Assembly: GCA_036172245.1 (NCBI GenBank) | Contig: JAYWIR010000079.1 | Span: forward strand, 62,001 to 126,000 | Reading direction: 5' to 3' | Length of the DNA: 64,000 nt | Origin: Raillietiella orientalis | Taxonomy: Eukaryota | Part shown: one piece after another, positions 59,801 to 64,000 of the stretch | Layout of the letters: each line of letters starts with the position of its first letter | Numbering within the stretch: the stretch's first letter is position 1 | Position numbers and translations under genes: made by a program | The notes under the pieces: generated by a model | Databases searched by the model: none | Seen by the model: the letters and a program-made list of their open reading frames with translations, nothing else | What the model was told of the DNA's origin: nothing

Positions 59801-62601
59801 AGGTAGCGATCGATTCCTTGTAGGGCTTGAGAGGTCGTCATCTCTACATTCAACCCCCGCGTACTGCGTTGGTAGGGAGTTTTTCCTGGAGTTAGGGAGG
59901 TTGGCGCTCTTCCTCATCTGGGGAATGTCCAAGGGGGTGCTTGGCTGCATACCAAGCACTTCATCTCAGCACGCAGCCAGGGGCACGGTCCAAATTACCG
60001 GAGAAATCAGAGTATTTGGTAAAGTTCTTAAACATCATAATGCATATTTTTAGAGGAGGCTCATTAGATTTGGAACTATGTTTACAGGTTATCGCCGACT
60101 GATACAATTAGCGATTCATCATGTTTGAGTTTTTGCTTATAAAACAGATAACAGCCGACGCATTCTGTGCAGCGGCTGAAACCCAACTTCTGCGTGCTAA
60201 CGGATCTTGAAGCTTGATATAATAATTCTATCTATAAAGAGTCCGGGTTTTCTGATTGGCAGCAACGTGAAGATGGAGATGATCCCGTTTTGTTCCTTGA
60301 TGAGGTACACACGATGAATAGGAATCAGATTCTCAGTGATCCGTTCCATTGCGTTTGGAACCCCGTTGTTGGCATACAGTAGTCTCAGTAATCAGTAGTA
60401 CTTTCATCATGCGGTCATGACAGGCCTCCACATCAGATCTTATTGATTGAATCATGGGTGTTCTCTTACAAGGGCCAATATTCGTGACTTCTCCAATGAC
60501 CCACTGTGTGAGGGGGAGGGGTTAACTACAAAGTACACGCTGAAACATTTGAAATAGTTTGGAAGATATACCGAGGTTGCACCAATGAGCAGATGAGGTC
60601 TTTTTATGATACACTCGTGTACCAAAGAAGAGAAGGTGGTAAGTCGACGTATCATCACAAGTACGAAACAGTGGGAACTTGTCTTGTAAATCGCCTAAGC
60701 GATTTACCTTTGCCTTTTATCTTGAAAATCCTCTGGTTAGTTCAATGTGAAGCAGGTCCTACAGACTTGTGCCTCTTAACCGCAATCATTCTGGTGCACT
60801 TGAATCCAGTGAGTGCTTTTTTGTTGAAGATGCATGTGTGTGTTTGGTAGTGTTATTATTTGGTTGAGTGTAGAAATTACACTTCACTTCCTAATTCGGG
60901 TGCATTGTTCAGGTGATTTTAAATTCCTTTGCTCCCAGTTGCTGTGAGTATATTCTTATTAACGTTGTCATACTAGCGTGTGATACCAAACATGGTGATT
61001 TCTGGAATGTTTGAAATAGATGAAGTATGCAATGATGATAGTGACTGGTCTCTTCGAAAATTATTTTTAGCGAATATTTTCTGTTTTTTTTTTTTTTTTT
61101 TTTTTTTTTAACTAGAAAATTCGCAGGTATCTTCAAGAGAGACACTCCCTACGGTCCGGGTCCGATGGAATCGCACAGGATGATTTCATGCTCGAGAAGA
61201 ACAATCTCATTGACCCTTCATTATTGGATCGCGGTAAACATGTGATGCTTTTCAGGTTACATGACCTAATTGAGAACTTTCCAGCAGGTCAAGAATCCGG
61301 CGACGTCGGCGTCAGAAGTTTACATGGCGTATTACACAATGCATCACAGCATGCGAGCAGGAACACGAACGATGACAAACCCGTGACTGATGTCGACTGC
61401 CCTTGCAATCCAGAAGCAGAAGAAAGGTTGTGGATATAAGTTATGTTTATTCCAAAAATACAGAACACTCACGAGGAAGACATCCTTTCTTAGAAAGTTT
61501 GCATTTACAATTTTAGATCTTTCATGACCCCCTCGCCACCAAAGAAACATTGGGATGAGAACACTTCCAGACGAATGTTTCGTAGAAGAATGCGCGAACA
61601 GAGGGTTGAAAAAAAGGAAAAGAAGTGGAAGAAGAAGATTCACAATAGTTGGGGGAATGAGATGTGCGTGACCGAAAAAGTAAACTGCTTCAGTCATGAC
61701 AACGACCATTGGAGAACTCCACCTTTCTGGAACGGTATTGTATTTAATTGATTTGCCTCCTCGACTCTTCTCCTTGCTCCCCTCATTTCGCATCAAAGGG
61801 AGGCTGCTTTTGAACTTCACTAGCTTCGAATATGAAGAGGAAGAAGAAAAGTAGAATTAATGCTTGCTTTAAAGTCGATGTAAATTCGAGTTCTGATTTA
61901 TTAATGATTCGGTAGCCTCCGTGTACCCGGAAGAAGCGGCAACTGTGCAGCAAGCACATCACCGTGGTGCCGCGTTACAGTGAAGAGCAATACGTTGCCT
62001 GCCTAACTTTCGGGTTTTCTATTCAAAGTGGACGGCACACTCCTGGCTCTAAAATATCTTTGGATACTGCGCCTCTTGTAAACTTTTGAATTTACATTTT
62101 GATTTTCCTTATACCTGTGCATGCCTGTGAATTTTGTGGTGTTGTAGTCTGTTTCATATTTGGAATGAGAATTGCATCTTTTTTGCTTTTATGCATGTGT
62201 TCATGCCAAAAGTGTGTTTATTACAAAAAGTAGTGTATTTATTTCCTAAAGTAGCACATGGATAATTATACTTATTCAGATGGACCGTTCTGTGTATGTA
62301 TCAATTCAAATAACAATTCTTTTTGGTGCTTAAGAACCATCAATCAGATCCATAATTTCGTGTATTGTGAGTTCACTACAGGTTTTCGAATGTATTTTGA
62401 TTTGCTCGTGGGTAAGCAAAGCCTTTATCCCAATAACATAGTAAGGAGCCTTTCGTAGATCCGTATCAGCTTCGCAACGTAATCGGCTCACTTTCTGAGG
62501 AAAGGGTGGCTTTTCTGCAACTGGAGCTGGAGAAACTGAAAAATTGCAAAGGCAGCCTGGAATGCAATAGCTCGGGATCAAAAGCTGAAGAACCATTATA
62601 G
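44873..62601 (+). CDS. Sulf1: Extracellular heparan-sulfate 6-O-endosulfatase (Sulf1/SULF/sul-1 family), 16 coding exons, ~917 aa
   Basis: Exons 44873-45158, 46648-46887, 52204-52355, 53229-53398, 53490-53640, 53771-53946, 54009-54122, 54185-54376, 57700-57839, 58042-58205, 58255-58470, 61116-61233, 61285-61426, 61517-61734, 62280-62411, 62459-62601 (2754 nt, phases consistent). Motifs: [28 protein letters not shown] (formylglycine site), [42 protein letters not shown], a basic hydrophilic domain, [34 protein letters not shown]. Boundaries of the hydrophilic-domain exons are less certain. Confidence 0.95.
51434..51551 (+). repeat. Copy 1 of a ~117-bp diverged direct repeat (Sulf intron 2)
   Basis: ctgagatgtacgttaaagc...catcgaaaccgaatgcagcatcgttcgttaatttaga...taattttgaaata aligns along its length to 52391-52506. 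Confidence 0.9.
52391..52506 (+). repeat. Copy 2 of the ~117-bp diverged direct repeat (Sulf intron 3)
   Basis: ctgagatgtacgctaaagc...catcgaaaccgaaagcagcttcgttcgttaatttaga...taattttgaaata. Confidence 0.9.
55610..56270 (-). mobile_element. Decayed non-LTR retrotransposon reverse-transcriptase fragment in Sulf intron 8
   Basis: Colinear degenerate RT motifs across frameshifts: [20 protein letters not shown] (cf. I.P..K.KG....NYRPISL), [10 protein letters not shown] (cf. F.DL.KAFD), KELYSDA (cf. I..LY), [10 protein letters not shown] (cf. LSP.LFN.F). Confidence 0.5.
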
Positions 62602-64000
62602 TCACCGTTCCTCTCTACAGTAAGCTTTGACTCTTTATCTCTTTGATCCACGTGTGATTACCTCGTTTGTTTGTTTGCAAGCTTATGACATGATATCGTT
62701 TCGAACCCAACGAGTTCCGTTGATTTTTTCAAAGCCTTAGTTTTCCAAGTCCCGGTAAGCAGAAGGAATCACATTCGGATGCTTGGTGTGAAATTTTCCC
62801 CTTGGGGTCAGTTTTCCAGTAAAGACAACAGCGTCCGCTCGCGAAAACCTCCGCAAAGCGATGGAATCAGAGAAAGATTCTGCGAACGCTTTCGCTCACT
62901 GTTTGACGTAAAGTGAAGGAATCTTCCAAAAGTTGCACTTACATCATCATAGGATGAGTATGTGCGGTGCTACTGCGTATGGGTCCTAGCAGTACAACAT
63001 CCTCGCGAAACGCTCCTTGGACTCTGGCCATCTCCAAGACAGGATTTCGATTCCCCAGTTTTTTTGCTTCCATGCCTCGTCCGGTGGCTCCTTAAAATCC
63101 TGGCGCAGAGTCCTTCTTGTTCCTCGCGTATCGGCTGGCCAGCATCGAGCTGTCAAAGGCGAAAACCCTTATTCAGTACATACTGCTCCACTGACTGTTG
63201 CATGCCGATAACGAATTCTCACGATAAGCGCAAACGGAGCAGCGTTTTAACCCTCGTCGGAAAGTCTGAAACTTCATCTCAGTGGTCGATCGGCCAACTC
63301 TTTTCCGTTTCGAGATTTCGTTGCCTGATTTCAAACGGAAAATGTCAGAAACAGGCCCGTGCGAGTCTCGGAGTAAAAACAGACAAACAAACAAATCACT
63401 GCAGACAGCTTTTGGATTTTGGATTCTGGATGTTCATCCGGGAAAAGCCGTTGATGCATCTTTTCCGGAACCAGGCAGTACTCAAAGTTTCAGAAGCAGT
63501 ACCGGCTTTTCGGGCACATTAAATCTTTGAAGAACAATTACCAGCGTTAAACGCTGGAATCTACGAGCAGCTTCGATTCTATTGTACATATAATCGTACT
63601 ATGCTGCTTGATTTGCATACATGAAATGCTACTCAAAAATCTTTTCCCTTTGTGATCCCCTGCTTAAAATTCTTTTCCGGTGCATACAGTTCCAATGTGC
63701 CCTCTTCCTTTTTAGCGCAAGCTGAAACTGTTTGCCTTTAGACTCCATGAGAGGGAAAGTAGGCGTTTCTATTGCTTTCCCTATTTCTTTCCCCCATTCT
63801 TGCAAACCGTCGGTCCGAAAAAATCGCGGTTCTCGGATTTTCAGTGTTCCACTAGAGTCTGACATTGCTTGCTCTCTCAAACGGCTATTAAAAAATTGGC
63901 ATAAGCAATTTTTTGTGTGTGTTTTAGAAAACCACTAATTTATTTCCTACAGCAAGGCTTCGACAAGAGCAAGAAAATTCGCAGCGGTTTCACCAAATAG

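Noticed and set aside
59440..59960. Possible LINE remnant on the minus strand (EITL..., MQTNKSTPG)
   Set aside because: Too degenerate to support without a profile search

Overview
Eukaryotic (invertebrate animal) genomic DNA with GT-AG introns, most 42-100 nt and a few several kb. No prokaryotic features, CRISPR arrays, rRNA or intact tRNA were seen. Four protein-coding genes lie on the + strand, three of them rebuilt by hand exon by exon with consistent reading frames: (1) a divergent BTG/Tob-family ORF in a GC-rich block (4074-4472, possibly frameshifted at its 3' end); (2) LENG8/THP3 (SAC3/GANP family), 14 exons, ~700 aa; (3) a type I PKA regulatory subunit, 5 exons, ~370 aa; (4) an extracellular heparan-sulfate 6-O-endosulfatase (Sulf), 16 exons, ~917 aa. 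The window also holds an internally deleted pogo/Tigger-like DNA transposon, decayed LINE fragments and simple repeats. The most interesting signal is absent from the ORF track. The 6.9-kb first intron of PKA-R contains a candidate alternative first exon encoding an N-myristoylation motif (MGNKVS...) that splices in frame and would replace the dimerisation/AKAP-docking domain, plus two candidate start-codon micro-exons. The last LENG8 intron contains an internal AG|GTAAGA site suggesting recursive or unproductive splicing. All gene models and folds are manual reads without database or RNA support.
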